Shown: positions 32,906 to 44,231 of the stretch, in pieces | Layout: every line of letters starts with the position of its first letter | Position numbering within the stretch: the stretch's first letter is position 1 | Assembly: GCA_964291285.2 (NCBI GenBank) | Contig: OZ219787.1 | Location: 160,001-224,000 of the forward strand | DNA length: 64,000 nucleotides | Direction of reading: 5' to 3' | DNA from: Alphaproteobacteria bacterium | Lineage (GTDB): Bacteria > Pseudomonadota > Alphaproteobacteria > Bin95 | Made by a program: the position numbers and the translations under genes | The notes under the pieces: model-generated | Told to the model about the DNA's origin: nothing | Seen by the model: only the letters and a program-made list of their open reading frames with translations | Databases searched by the model: none

Positions 32906-34870
32906 ATGATGCTTGGAGATCATGTGAACCACTTGAAACGAAGATTGATCGACAATCTCCCATATGCGCGCAAGGCGAAGTATGTGGATTGGCGTCTCCA
33001 ACGATCAACTCGCCGAGCACGTAGTTGGTTGACCGAATCCGCTCGGATCAACGTGCTTATCGATAATTCGACTCTCCGATTTGCAAGAACCCATGAAACA
33101 GTCAACATAAAACAACAATCGAACTGGCCGCCTGGCAGTGAACCTAGCGAAGTTTTTGTCTCCTATCGGGCACCAAAGGTTTACCTGCTTATTCTTGAGA
33201 GTCATCTTGTGAGATTGTAGGTTTGGAAGGGTTTCTGTTATCGGGAGGTCATGGATATGGCATTCAAGGTTGCATCGCGTGTTCGTGGCTTGAGCGACGA
33301 TGCGTTCCGAGCGTCGTTCGGCACGGAGGATCAGTGCCGGGCGGTGCTAGCCCGATTGCGCTGGCCGAACGGTTTCGAGTGCGGCTCCTGCGGGCATCGG
33401 GGGCACTGCATTCTTGCCGGGCGCAGGCTTTACCAGTGCAACCGCTGCAAGAAGCAGGTTTCGGTGACGTCGGGGACGATCTTCCACTCGACCAAGCTGC
33501 CCCTGACGTTGTGGTTTGCGGCGATCCACCTTGTGGTGACGGCGAAGAACGGCATTTCGTCGGTGGAACTCGGTCGCCGCCTCGGGGTCAGGCAGCCGAC
33601 CGCCTGGAGCATGAAGCAGAAGATCATGGCGGTGATGGCCCGGCGCGAAGCCGACACGCGGCTCGAAGGACGGGTCGAGATGGACGACGCCTGGCTCGGC
33701 GGGTCGCGCTCCGGCGGCAAGCGCGGCCGGGGCGCGCCGGGCAAGACGCCCTTCGTGGCGGCGGTCTCGACCAGCGCCGAAGGGGCTCCGCGCAAGGTCA
33801 AGCTCGTCCCGGTCAGGGGCTTCCGCAAGCGCGAGATCGCGCGCGGCGCCAAACGCTGGCTGGCCCCGGGGACGGAGGTCGTCACCGATGCCCTGCACTG
33901 CTGGAACGCCCTCGACGGCATCGCCGCAAGCCACAGCGCCATCCGTACCGGCTCAGGCCGCCGGGCAGCCCGCATGGCCCCCTTCAAATGGGTCAACACG
34001 ACCCTCGGCAACATCAAGAGCGCCATCGCCGGAACCTACCGAAAGCTCGGTCCCGACCATGCCGAACGCTACCTCGCCAGCTTCGCATGGCGATACAACC
34101 GACGATACCAACTCAACTCCATGATCCCACGCTTCCTTCACAGCGCCGTCAGAACACAACCCATCCCATATCAACTACTCATTGCAGGATGATCCTTGAG
34201 AATAAGCAGGAAGGTTTATGAAGAACGACACAAAGACATAAACGAGAACATGCCATACCTTCCAGGTATTGCGCACCTGGCGCGCACAGGAATGTTAAGG
34301 TTGATGACGTCTAGGGAATTAAAAAGCGAACAATACCATCATCCTATCGGCACAGCGCAGGGACATATGGGATGGTTCTATTATTGGCTTTTTGACGGAA
34401 TTGATATAGAATCTGTAGATGGATATGAGGTCTCCAATTTTGATCTCGAATATATTCGGAACAATCCAATTATCAATAAAGTCGTATACTCTACGGATAT
34501 AGATCCTTTCAATATGTATCCCGAAAATAAGGAAATTATGAATGAAAGGATCACACAATCTACTGATCCCATTTACCAAGAATTAGCGAAACTTCTTCCG
34601 AAGAAAAGTAATTTCTATGCATGGCATATTAGAACCGCAGAAGCGCATGGTCTATTCTGCTTCCTGACAATGGACTTCAAACTCCGTGGCGCGATTGAGA
34701 AAAATAAAAACAAAGAGCCGATTGCCTCATTACGTACCAAAGTGATGACCCCGGCTGAATTTGGAAAGCATATCGGATTATCGCCGATTGATCCTTACAT
34801 CTGTGAGTTGGCAGAACAGGACGCCATGAAATCGAGTGCCAGGCTGCGGGAACTTCGTTTGCTCATGTGA
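32906..34870 (+). pseudogene. Low-GC PIN-like protein interrupted by IS1595
   Basis: Rejoins as ...APKVY|EERHK...; VLIDNS, WHIRTAE, FLTMDFKL. Confidence 0.65.
33184..34210 (+). mobile_element. IS1595-family element (1027 bp); transposase 33251-34192
   Basis: IRs CCTGCTTATTCT / AGAATAAGCAGG; 8-bp TSD AAGGTTTA; Zn ribbon, VEMDD, VVTD, WRYNRR. Confidence 0.93.
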
Positions 34871-34906
34871 AATCGGGACAGCGAACTCACATACCGGTCG
34901 CGCCAC

Positions 34907-35188
34907 TCATGCGAAAAGCAGGGCGCGCTTGACAGCTTTGGGTTCCCGCTGAATCACGCGCAGAAGCGTCGCGGCCGGACCGCTGACGCGCCGCGTTCCC
35001 TGCTCCCACTTGCGGTAGCCGGAAAGGCTCATGCCCATCAGGGGCGCCATCTGAGCCTGCGTGAGTTTCGCCTGCTTGCGGACCTCACGCGGGGCCACGG
35101 GCGCATGAACGGTCGCCGGGCCTTCGCCCCTGGCATGGGCCAGCGCCTCGCCAAGGGATTGGATCAGATCGTTCCCGAAAGTGCTCAT
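34907..35188 (-). CDS. HigA-like HTH antitoxin
   Basis: DLIQSLGEALAHARG, LTQAQMA, RKWEQG. Confidence 0.85.
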   Translation of the reverse strand: MSTFGNDLIQSLGEALAHARGEGPATVHAPVAPREVRKQAKLTQAQMAPLMGMSLSGYRKWEQGTRRVSGPAATLLRVIQREPKAVKRALLFA

Positions 35189-35310
35189 CGCGTCTCCTTT
35201 GCGGCGCTCTCGGTCGCCTCGACGATCATGGCGACCGAGCGTCGGCCCGCCCTGCTCAAATCGGTCTTTGCGGACTCGGCATAGGCGAGGAGCGCATAGC
35301 CCAAAGGGGC
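35185..35310 (-). pseudogene. HigB/RelE toxin C-terminal remnant
   Basis: YALLAYAESAKTDLS...; overlaps the antitoxin start; N-terminus absent. Confidence 0.55.
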
Positions 35311-35442
35311 ATCGGAGGCAATTCCAGGAGGCCGCATCGGCGCCGGAGGACGGGAGCGGATCGCAGCCCTGCGCGCTTGGTCCCGGCAGTCGCAGTGTTT
35401 ACCTTGAGTCTGCTTTGTCCGCGCTGTCCTGGAGGAACCGCG

Positions 35443-35712
35443 ATGCCCGAACCGTTTACCGCCATTGTGTCCGCGAGAGGCCGGGTTACGTTGCCGGGTG
35501 CGGTCCGCCGGGCGCGGCGCTGGGCTCCGGGAACGCGGTTAGTCGTCGAAAACACGCCGGAGGGCGTGTTGTTGAAGCCCGCGCCGGTTTTCGCCGAGAC
35601 CCGGCCGGAGGATGTGTTCGGAAGCGTCGCATGGGACGGCCCGCCCAGATCGCTGGAGGACATGGAAGCCGGCGTCCTTGAGGAGGCCAAGCGGCGCTAC
35701 GAACGCGCTTGA
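35443..35712 (+). CDS. AbrB/MazE/SpoVT antitoxin
   Basis: VSARGRVTLP...WAPGTRL...GVLLKP. Confidence 0.85.
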   Translation: MPEPFTAIVSARGRVTLPGAVRRARRWAPGTRLVVENTPEGVLLKPAPVFAETRPEDVFGSVAWDGPPRSLEDMEAGVLEEAKRRYERA

Positions 35713-35755
35713 TACGAATGCAGCCGTCCGGTGCCTCGCTTGCGACGACCCGGCC
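35699..35755 (+). pseudogene. VapC toxin N-terminal remnant
   Basis: (ACG)NALDTNAAVRCLACDDP resembles VapC DTNxxVRxLxxDDP; start codon mutated, remainder missing. Confidence 0.55.
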
Positions 35756-35952
35756 TGCCCCGCTGCCGCTCTGCTGGCGCTTCGCCGCCGACCGGCCCGT
35801 TATGGCGCAGGATGTAGTTTTCGACGAAGGTGAGCTTGCCCTTCACCTCCGTTAGCCCCTGTTCCATGGCCCGCAACGCGCGTTGGCGCAGCCCGTTCGC
35901 GGTGGCGCGAAATCGGATAGACAGTCTTGTTCTATATTTTTGTAAAAATTCC

Positions 35953-36185
35953 TTGACAAACATCGACCAAAGGAACATCTTGCCTATCTAGGCTGGGAGG
36001 AAGCGGCATCCGGAGGCCGCAGCCGTTCGCGCCGGCGCGAAAAAAACGCCTGGGAAGGCGGCGGGACAGGTGCGTCCCGCGCCCAAGCCTTCGCCTTCGC
36101 GCGGGCGCGGGCGGGCGCAATCAGGCGCGCGAACCGCGCCGGCGCCGACGCGCGCGGGCGCCCGCGCGGGATACGCGCGAATTAG
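35953..36185 (+). repeat. Dispersed promoter-led GC-rich repeat, copy A
   Basis: TTGACA 35953; motif GGAAGCGGCATCCGGAGGCCGC 35999-36020; core 36117-36185. Confidence 0.75.
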
Positions 36186-37395
36186 CCCGACTTCCGCAAC
36201 TCGGCTTGAGAATCGACTGATTTGACGGTTTTCCGGCGCGAGAAGTGTCGGATTTCGGTGCAGTACCTCTCGGGACCGGCTTGTAGTGCCGACCTACCCC
36301 CTTGATCGGGCTGGCGAAGATCCGGACGCTGCGCTGATGTTCGTGCGCTGCAAGAGACGCTTCAAGGACGGCAAGGAGCACCGCTACTGGAGCGTTGTGG
36401 AGAACGTCCGGGTCCACGGCGGTCGGGTTGTTCAGCGTCAGGTGCTCTATCTCGGGGAGATCAACGACAGCCAGCGAGCGGCGTGGTGCCGCTCGATCGA
36501 GGTGGTGGAGGGCAAGTCGCGATCACGGCAGATGGCGCTGTTTCCCGAGGACCGGGAGGCGCCGGCGCTGACTTGCGAAGTGGTGAAGATCGACCTCTCG
36601 CAGGTGGCGCTTCACGACCCGCGCCAGTGGGGGGCGTGCTGGCTGGCGCTGTCCTTGTGGGACCGCCTGGACCTGGACCGCTTCTGGGAAGAGCGGCTGC
36701 CGGCGAGCCGGCAAGGCACGCGGTGGCTGGACATCCTGAAGATCCAGGTCTGCTACCGGCTGATCGACCCGGGCAGCGAGTGGCGCCTTCACCGTCACTG
36801 GTATGAGCACAGCGCGCTTCGCGATCTTCTGGGTGGCGAGCGGGCGATCGCCGACGACACACTCTATCGCTGTCTCGACAAGCTGCTGGCGCACAAGCAG
36901 GGCTTCTTCTCGTTTCTGCGCGACCGCTGGGCGACGCTGTTCGAGGCGCGCTTCGACGTGCTGCTCTACGACCTGACCTCGACCTACTTCGAGAGCGATC
37001 CGCCGTTCGATGACAAGCGCCGCTTCGGCTACAGCCGGGACAAGCGGCCCGACTGCGTGCAGGTGGTGATCGCCCTGATCGTTACGCCGCAGGGCTTTCC
37101 GCTGGCCTATGAGGTGATGCCGGGCAACACCTCCGACGACACCACGCTGGCGGCGTTCCTCAAGAAGATCGAGGATCAGTATGGCCGCTCCGAGCGGGTG
37201 TGGATCATGGACCGCGGCATCCCCACCGAGGAGACGCTGGCCGCGATGCGCGAGGGCGAGGCGCCGGTGCGCTACCTGGTGGGCACGCCCAAGGGCCGGC
37301 TGACGCGGCTCGAGAAGGTGTTCCTGGGCCTGCCCTGGCAGGAGGTGCGCCAGTCCGTGACTGTCAAGCTTCTGGTCGAGGATGGCGAGCTCTAC

Positions 37396-39409
37396 CCCGA
37401 CTTCCGCAACTCGGCTTGAGAATCGACTGATTTGACGGTTTTCCGGCGCGAGAAGTGTCGGATTTCGGTGCAGTACCTCTCGGGACCGGCTTGTAGTGCC
37501 GACCTACCCCCTTGATCGGGCTGGCGAAGATCCGGACGCTGCGCTGATGTTCGTGCGCTGCAAGAGACGCTTCAAGGACGGCAAGGAGCACCGCTACTGG
37601 AGCGTTGTGGAGAACGTCCGGGTCCACGGCGGTCGGGTTGTTCAGCGTCAGGTGCTCTATCTCGGGGAGATCAACGACAGCCAGCGAGCGGCGTGGTGCC
37701 GCTCGATCGAGGTGGTGGAGGGCAAGTCGCGATCACGGCAGATGGCGCTGTTTCCCGAGGACCGGGAGGCGCCGGCGCTGACTTGCGAAGTGGTGAAGAT
37801 CGACCTCTCGCAGGTGGCGCTTCACGACCCGCGCCAGTGGGGGGCGTGCTGGCTGGCGCTGTCCTTGTGGGACCGCCTGGACCTGGACCGCTTCTGGGAA
37901 GAGCGGCTGCCGGCGAGCCGGCAAGGCACGCGGTGGCTGGACATCCTGAAGATCCAGGTCTGCTACCGGCTGATCGACCCGGGCAGCGAGTGGCGCCTTC
38001 ACCGTCACTGGTATGAGCACAGCGCGCTTCGCGATCTTCTGGGTGGCGAGCGGGCGATCGCCGACGACACACTCTATCGCTGTCTCGACAAGCTGCTGGC
38101 GCACAAGCAGGGCTTCTTCTCGTTTCTGCGCGACCGCTGGGCGACGCTGTTCGAGGCGCGCTTCGACGTGCTGCTCTACGACCTGACCTCGACCTACTTC
38201 GAGAGCGATCCGCCGTTCGATGACAAGCGCCGCTTCGGCTACAGCCGGGACAAGCGGCCCGACTGCGTGCAGGTGGTGATCGCCCTGATCGTTACGCCGC
38301 AGGGCTTTCCGCTGGCCTATGAGGTGATGCCGGGCAACACCTCCGACGACACCACGCTGGCGGCGTTCCTCAAGAAGATCGAGGATCAGTATGGCCGCTC
38401 CGAGCGGGTGTGGATCATGGACCGCGGCATCCCCACCGAGGAGACGCTGGCCGCGATGCGCGAGGGCGAGGCGCCGGTGCGCTACCTGGTGGGCACGCCC
38501 AAGGGCCGGCTGACGCGGCTCGAGAAGGTGTTCCTGGGCCTGCCCTGGCAGGAGGTGCGCCAGTCCGTGACTGTCAAGCTTCTGGTCGAGGATGGCGAGC
38601 TCTACGTCCTGGTGCGCAGCGAGGGGCGGCAGGTGAAGGAACGCGGCATGCGCCGGCGCCGGCTGAAGAGGCTGTGGCGTCGATTGGCCGAGTTGCAAGG
38701 GCAGTCGAACAGCCGGGATCAGTTGTTGCTCAAGCTCGGCGCCGCCAGGAAGGAGGCCGGCCGGGCCTGGAGCCTGGTCGACATCACCGTGCCCGGGACC
38801 GACAGCGAACTCGCCGCCAACGGCTTCTCATTCCGCCTGCAGCGCGACCGGCTGCGCCAGGTCCGCCGCCGCGAGGGCCGTTACCTGCTGCGATCCAACA
38901 TGGTCGCCGAAGACCCCGCCACGCTGTGGCATCTGTACATGCAGCTCGTCGAGATCGAGCAGGCGTTCAAGGAACTCAAGCACGACCTCGCGATCCGCCC
39001 CATCTTCCATCAGCGCCAAGAGCGCATCGAGGCGCATATCTTCGTCTCGTTCATCGCCTACTGCCTGCTGGTGACCCTGAAGAACCTCGCCCGGCCGCGC
39101 GCCCCGGGCCTCACCCCACGCGCCATCCTTGAGGCCTTCGCCACCATCCAGATGGTGGACGTCCATCTGCCAACCACCGACGGCCGGCACCTCGTCCTGC
39201 CGCGCCACACCCGGCCGAACAAGGAGCACGAGCTACTGCTGCAACAGCTCGGCATGACCTGGCCGCAGCAACCCGCACCCCGGATCTCCGCCTGACGGCA
39301 CACGGCGCCGCCTCTCCGTTCGCCGCCTTGTAGTGCCGACCCTCGGGGAGACGATCAAGGCTATTCAATGAGTTAGCATCCTCATGACCCCCGAGTTGCG
39401 GAAGTCGAG
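37396..39409 (+). mobile_element. Nested intact IS1634 (transposase 37496-39295)
   Basis: 2014 bp; TSD CTAC; right end GTCGAG variant. Confidence 0.92.
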
Positions 39410-39529
39410 CTACGTCCTGGTGCGCAGCGAGGGGCGGCAGGTGAAGGAACGCGGCATGCGCCGGCGCCGGCTGAAGAGGCTGTGGCGTCGATTGGCCGAG
39501 TTGCAAGGGCAGTCGAACAGCCGGGATCA

Positions 39530-40696
39530 TACCAGCGGTTGAGGGTTGAGACTCATTGAGGGGATTCCCAAGGTTATCGAGTTCTGACTCAATAGCGATT
39601 CTGCGATTGGAGGGTCGTTATGAGGGCAGCAATCCCCTTGAGGGAGGATTTTGATGCGGCGCAGTTGCGCGGCTTGGCGCAGCGGAGCCGGGATGGTTCG
39701 CAGAACCGTCGCCTTCTTGCGCTTGCGGTGATTTACGACGGTTACCGTCGTTCGGATGCGGCGCGTTTTGCGGGGGTGGGCTTGCAGATCATCCGGGACT
39801 GGGTTCTTCGCTTCAACGCGGAAGGCCCGGAGGGATTGAAGGATCGCAAGGCCTCAGGTCCGCCGCGCAAGTTGAACGGGGAGCAGCGCGCGGCGCTGGC
39901 GGCGGTTGTGGAGAGCGGTCCGGACCCGGCGATCCACGGCGTGGTGCGGTGGCGGCGCTGCGACCTGGCGGCATGGCTCAGCGAGCAGTTCGGCATCTCG
40001 TTGGCGGAGACGACGGTCGGGCGGGAGTTGCGCCGGATGGGCTACGCCAGGCTCTCTGCGCGCCCGCGCCACTATGCCCAGGACGAAGCCGCGCTGGCAG
40101 GGTTCAAAAAAACTTCCCCGACCGCCTGAAGGAGATCCGCGCTGCACTCGGCGACGGCGTCGAGGTCGAAGTCTGGTGGCAGGACGAGGCGCGCGTCGGG
40201 CAGAAGAACAAGATCACCCGGCGATGGGCGAAACGCGGCACCCGACCGTCAGCGCCCAAGGACCAGAGAACCATCTCGGCCTACATCTTCGGCGCCATAT
40301 GCCCGCAGAAGGGCAAGGCCGCCGGCCTCGTCATGCCCCACGCCAACACGGAGGCACTCAACGCCCACCTCGCCGAGGTCGCCCTCACCGTTGAACCCGG
40401 AGCCCATGCCCTCGTCATGCTCGACCGGGCCGGATGGCACACATCCCCGGCCCTCAAAGTCCCCGACAACATAACCCTGATGCCGCTCCCGCCCCGGTCC
40501 CCCGAACTCAATCCCGTCGAGAATGTCTGGCAGTTCATGCGCGAAAATTGGCTCTCGAACCGCGTCTTCCAGAACTACGACGACATACTCGATCACTGCT
40601 GCCAGGCCTGGAACAATCTCGTCTCACAACCAGAACGCATCGCCTCCATCGGAACCCGAAAATGGGCCAATGGGTTCTGAACTATGCCCGCTGGTA
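39530..40696 (+). mobile_element. IS630-family element (1167 bp), frameshifted transposase 39620-40680
   Basis: IRs TACCAGCGG / CCGCTGGTA; QDEARVG, LDRAGWH, SPELNPVENVW; A7C slippery site near 40106; TCA duplicated. Confidence 0.92.
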
Positions 40697-41387
40697 TCAG
40701 TTGTTGCTCAAGCTCGGCGCCGCCAGGAAGGAGGCCGGCCGGGCCTGGAGCCTGGTCGACATCACCGTGCCCGGGACCGACAGCGAACTCGCCGCCAACG
40801 GCTTCTCATTCCGCCTGCAGCGCGACCGGCTGCGCCAGGTCCGCCGCCGCGAGGGCCGTTACCTGCTGCGATCCAACATGGTCGCCGAAGACCCCGCCAC
40901 GCTGTGGCATCTGTACATGCAGCTCGTCGAGATCGAGCAGGCGTTCAAGGAACTCAAGCACGACCTCGCGATCCGCCCCATCTTCCATCAGCGCCAAGAG
41001 CGCATCGAGGCGCATATCTTCGTCTCGTTCATCGCCTACTGCCTGCTGGTGACCCTGAAGAACCTCGCCCGGCCGCGCGCCCCGGGCCTCACCCCACGCG
41101 CCATCCTTGAGGCCTTCGCCACCATCCAGATGGTGGACGTCCATCTGCCAACCACCGACGGCCGGCACCTCGTCCTGCCGCGCCACACCCGGCCGAACAA
41201 GGAGCACGAGCTACTGCTGCAACAGCTCGGCATGACCTGGCCGCAGCAACCCGCACCCCGGATCTCCGCCTGACGGCACACGGCGCCGCCTCTCCGTTCG
41301 CCGCCTTGTAGTGCCGACCCTCGGGGAGACGATCAAGGCTATTCAATGAGTTAGCATCCTCATGACCCCCGAGTTGCGGAAGTCGGG

Positions 41388-41700
41388 CTAATTCGCGCGT
41401 ATCCTGCGCGGGCGCCCGCGCGCGTCGGCGCCGGCGCGGTTCGCGCGCCTGATTGCCCGCGCACCCGCGCGCGAGGCGGGTGCATCGCCGGCCCGGAGGC
41501 CGGTTGGGGGCGAAGGTCTGTCACGGGTCGTGTCTCCTTCCGTGTTGCGTCGTGCCGCGTACGCGCGCGTTTCGTCGGCGCGTTTTGCGCGCACGGGGCA
41601 GGCGGCGGGCGCACCCGCAAATGCGGCTCCGGTTGACCGCCTCCGGTTTCATGTTCGCTTTTTATTCTGGTGATGCCTTTCCCGAATTGCAAGCCGCCGG
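41388..41700 (-). repeat. Dispersed promoter-led GC-rich repeat, copy B
   Basis: Core 41388-41456 is the reverse complement of 36117-36185 (one mismatch); CCGGAGCCGC motif at 41623-41632. Confidence 0.78.
41653..41667. promoter_or_regulatory. LexA-like box
   Basis: GTTC-N7-ATTC overlapping the putative promoter of repeat copy B. Confidence 0.45.
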
Positions 41701-41771
41701 GGGGAAGTTTTTTCTTCCGGTGCCAACGGCCTGAAATCAATGGGAAAAAATACTGATCCCGTCCCGCCCTG

Positions 41772-42308
41772 TCACCCCGCCCTCGCGGGGACAGGCAGGG
41801 CGCGGGGCGCGAAACCGCCGTCCGCTTCGCACGCGCCCTCCAGCGCCAGCAGGAACCGTTTCCCCTCCGCCCCGCCCGGGCCGGACCAGCCGCCGAGCGC
41901 ACCATTGACCGCGACGATCCGGTGGCAGGGCACGATAATCGGCAGCGGGTTGCGACGGCAGGCACCGCCGACCGCGCGCGGGCTGGAACCCACAGTCCGG
42001 GCGACATCGCCATAGCTCCGGGTCCCGCCCGGCGGGATATCCCGCATGGCCTGCCAGACCGCGCCATCGTGCGCCGTCCCGTGCGGCGAGAGGGGCAGGT
42101 CGAACGACCGCCGTCCACCCGCGAAATAGGCTGCAAGCTGGACGGCCGCTTCATCCAGCAACGGCGATGCGTCCTCCCGCCCGGCGCGGCCCCAATGGAG
42201 GCCCGTCAACGCATCTCCCGACGCAACCAGCGTCACCCGCCCCAACGGCGTCTCGACGGTTCGTCCTATGTTGAAGCGGCTGTCAGCCAGAGATTCGTCC
42301 GCAGACAT
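41772..42308 (-). CDS. ogt: Methylated-DNA--protein-cysteine methyltransferase
   Basis: SYGDVA, RAVGGAC, PCHRIV. Confidence 0.92.
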   Translation of the reverse strand: MSADESLADSRFNIGRTVETPLGRVTLVASGDALTGLHWGRAGREDASPLLDEAAVQLAAYFAGGRRSFDLPLSPHGTAHDGAVWQAMRDIPPGGTRSYGDVARTVGSSPRAVGGACRRNPLPIIVPCHRIVAVNGALGGWSGPGGAEGKRFLLALEGACEADGGFAPRALPVPARAG

Positions 42309-42346
42309 GATTCATTTTTCGGAAACTCCTTTGGCGAAGAACAAAT

Positions 42347-43084
42347 TTAACGAGAGAGAATTGTGAACAAAAACAGGTGGCATGGGTGAAGGACCCACCT
42401 GATTTCGTTGTCTCTATTGTCCCATTCTATCGGAATTATTTTTGATTGCCCATCGCTTTGGTACCACAATACAGCGTCCGGAGATCGACGAAATTTCTCA
42501 ATGAAGTCTTCAATTTCAGCATCCCCTATTTCCTCCTGATTCAAAAGCATATCCCTATTTCTCCCATTCTGATATGGTGTTATTATCTGCAGCCCGATAC
42601 AGCAAGTATTTTGCTCATTTCTCAGAGCAGGCCCATTTCTCACTTGATTGACTTGTTCTACAAGATTCTCCCATGGTCGGCGCACCCTATCTGGAACCCT
42701 CCTATTGAACAAATTATTCACACCAACATACGAACGTTTGAATTCGAAGTAATATTCGATGTCATCTTTGTATGCCCAAAGATCGACCCTACCATTTCTG
42801 TCTCTTGCCCGGTCTCTGTTTCTCGGATTCCGCCTGTCTCTCCTCTTAATTACTTTACTCTCAGATTGATGGACCGGTGTAAGTTTATGCATAGCCGCAG
42901 CCATAAGAGAATAAAGTTCTCTCTCCCTATAGAGAAGGTTATGGTGCGGATATTCCCAGTTTCCAATACAAGCCGCGTAATGCCTTCTATTACAATTTTT
43001 GATGTTCCGAACAAATTGTTCGATGAACGGGTTTATCGCGCCTTCATTATGGCCAGCATATGATTCTGCTATCGTTACAGGCAT
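42347..43084 (-). CDS. Low-GC putative PD-(D/E)XK nuclease-fold protein
   Basis: RBS GGAGG + ATG; ERELYS ... GRVDLWAY ... YFEFKR. Confidence 0.6.
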   Translation of the reverse strand: MPVTIAESYAGHNEGAINPFIEQFVRNIKNCNRRHYAACIGNWEYPHHNLLYRERELYSLMAAAMHKLTPVHQSESKVIKRRDRRNPRNRDRARDRNGRVDLWAYKDDIEYYFEFKRSYVGVNNLFNRRVPDRVRRPWENLVEQVNQVRNGPALRNEQNTCCIGLQIITPYQNGRNRDMLLNQEEIGDAEIEDFIEKFRRSPDAVLWYQSDGQSKIIPIEWDNRDNEIRWVLHPCHLFLFTILSR

Positions 43085-43182
43085 CGATTCCTCCCCATGC
43101 CTCATCAAGATGCTTGCCGTACCCGAAAGGACGTCTCGCGCATGGAATGATCCAAGAGCGATTACAACCGAACTGTCTACAA

Positions 43183-44166
43183 CTATATCCTCTTGCCGTG
43201 CCAAGCTGCAAGCTCCTCGCACATCGCCGCCAGCCTGCGCCGCAGCTTTGCCGGTTGCTCCACGGTAACGCTGTCGCCCCAGGTGATGAGGTGCCAGCAC
43301 ATTTCGTCGAGGCCGCCAGCGTTGAAGCGGATCGTTACCGTGCCGTCCTCGTTCTCCTCGACGGTCTGGTCCGGGTGGAAGAGGAAGGTTGCGGCGTCGG
43401 GGGCGGCGCGGGCGTCGAAGCGGAGGACCACCTTGACCGGCTCCTCCTGGAACGTGCCGAAGGAGCGCCGGGTGAAGGCCCGCAGGTCGAAGGCGCGGTC
43501 GCGCTCGAAATCGTCGAGGCCGAGCTTCGCCCCGCTTATGTTGGCGAGGCGCCAGAGGCGCGGTTCGCCGCTCCAGTCGGTGCGCGCCACGAGGAAGGAG
43601 CGGTTGCCGTAGAGCAGGCCGTAGGGCTCCACGGTCTGGCGGCTTTGCAGCCCCGTCTGCCGCGACAGGTAGTCGAATTCGACCGTGCGGCGGGCGAGGA
43701 TGGCGCCGCGCAGCAGCGAGAGCAGCGCCGGCTCGATCGGCTGCCTCGGGCCCGGCCGCATGGCGAGGCCCTCGGCGCGGAGCAATGCTTCGAGTTCCTC
43801 CTCCAATTCACCGGCGAGGCGGGCGGCGCGGAGCTTTTCGGCGACCGTCTCCAGCGGGGCGGCGTATTGGCCGAGGCCGGCCTGTTCGAGCGCCGACGCG
43901 GCAGCGGAAAGCGCCGCCAATTCCTCCGTCGAGACGGAGATGAGCCTGCGAAACGCATCCGAGCGCAGCCGCCAGTGCTTCCTGCTGTCGTCGTTCTCCA
44001 CTTCCTCCAGCGGCTCGAACGCCCACTCGACGGCGGCCCGCATCCGCTCGGCCGTCCTGCGGCTGACCTTGAAGCGGGACTGGATGTCGTCGAGCGTCAG
44101 GCCGGTATGCGAGCCCTGAAGGGCAATCGCCAGACGGACAATATGCTTCAGGCGTTCGTAACGCAT
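43183..44166 (-). CDS. driD: WYL-domain transcription factor, DriD-like (327 aa)
   Basis: wHTH GLTLDDI...SRRTAERMR; WYL region FLVA...WRL; WCX FHPDQ...WHLITWGD; resembles Caulobacter DriD as recalled. Confidence 0.8.
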   Translation of the reverse strand: MRYERLKHIVRLAIALQGSHTGLTLDDIQSRFKVSRRTAERMRAAVEWAFEPLEEVENDDSRKHWRLRSDAFRRLISVSTEELAALSAAASALEQAGLGQYAAPLETVAEKLRAARLAGELEEELEALLRAEGLAMRPGPRQPIEPALLSLLRGAILARRTVEFDYLSRQTGLQSRQTVEPYGLLYGNRSFLVARTDWSGEPRLWRLANISGAKLGLDDFERDRAFDLRAFTRRSFGTFQEEPVKVVLRFDARAAPDAATFLFHPDQTVEENEDGTVTIRFNAGGLDEMCWHLITWGDSVTVEQPAKLRRRLAAMCEELAAWHGKRI

Positions 44167-44231
44167 GCCGCCCCTCCCATGCCGGTCCCCGCCGGGAGCA
44201 CCATAGGCGGCGCTCCCGGCAGGACCAAGGC

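Larger units (their letters stand above)
36186..41387 (+). mobile_element. IS1634 copy disrupted by a nested IS1634 and an IS630
   Basis: Same IRs; 5202 bp minus the inserts and their TSDs equals 2014 bp; flanks TTAG / CTAA. Confidence 0.92.

Noticed and set aside
35780-35890. Short minus-strand coiled-coil-like ORF end (LRAMEQGLTEVKGKLTFVENYILR)
   Set aside because: Possibly a gene remnant, but no credible start or family assignment
41770-41800. REP-like hairpin CTGTCACCCCGC...GCGGGGACAG
   Set aside because: Single copy at the ogt end; more simply a terminator-like stem
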